A DNA stretch of 12,800 nucleotides from Candidatus Woesearchaeota archaeon (GTDB lineage Archaea; Nanobdellota; Nanobdellia; Pacearchaeales; GW2011-AR1), in contig CAZPQF010000002.1 in NCBI GenBank assembly GCA_964588735.1, positions 18,174 through 30,973 of the forward strand. Reading direction: 5' to 3'. A program made the translations under genes and the position numbers. This document shows positions 12,763 through 12,800 of this stretch, piece by piece (the stretch's first letter is position 1; each line of letters begins with the position of its first letter). The notes beneath the pieces were generated by a model. That model worked only from the letters and a program-made list of their open reading frames with translations. It searched no databases and was not told the origin of the DNA.

Positions 12763-12800
12763 GATCCTCATTTAGTAATAAAGAAATATTTGCAAGATCA
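12748..12800 (+). CDS. rpoB: probable 5' end of RNA polymerase subunit B (partial, runs off the window)
   Basis: MKQKKDPHLVIKKYLQD... is open to the window end. The call rests mainly on the conserved archaeal rpoH-rpoB gene order, since only 17 codons are visible. Confidence 0.4.
   Translation, partial: MKQKKDPHLVIKKYLQD

Noticed and set aside
1-12800. CRISPR arrays, IS elements or transposases, rRNA genes, and defence-system genes
   Set aside because: There are no regularly spaced repeats, no transposase- or integrase-like ORFs, no rRNA-like GC-rich stretches, and no nuclease, ATPase or methylase modules other than the intein homing endonucleases.

Overview
Very AT-rich segment with every credible gene on the + strand. 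It is archaeal, probably from a small-genome DPANN-like lineage. The evidence is an RpoH/Rpo5 gene, a tRNA-Lys carrying a textbook bulge-helix-bulge intron, and TATA-like boxes about 26 nt upstream of start codons. There are three blocks. (1) 108-5383: an ArsR-led, translationally coupled Fe-S and sulfur-relay block. It holds ArsR, an S51 peptidase-E-like protein, cysteine desulfurase, an unknown 151-aa protein, a DUF1858 CxxC protein missing from the ORF track, IscU, a TtuA/NcsA-type PP-loop tRNA sulfurtransferase, and an unknown 114-aa protein. (2) 5447-11987: an anaerobic dNTP-supply island. It holds tandem NrdR boxes, nrdR, a 1342-codon nrdD with two LAGLIDADG inteins, an unlisted 47-codon ORF encoding the NrdD glycyl-radical motif in the +1 frame behind its own Shine-Dalgarno (SD) site, nrdG, a P-loop kinase, and a CMPC thioredoxin. 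(3) 12058-12800: tRNA-Lys(UUU) with intron, duplicated tRNA 3'-end fragments, rpoH, and the start of a probable rpoB preceded by a duplicated start region. The most unusual observation is that the class III ribonucleotide reductase has its radical-bearing C-terminal domain detached from the catalytic body. All family calls come from motifs read by eye; no database or HMM search was run.
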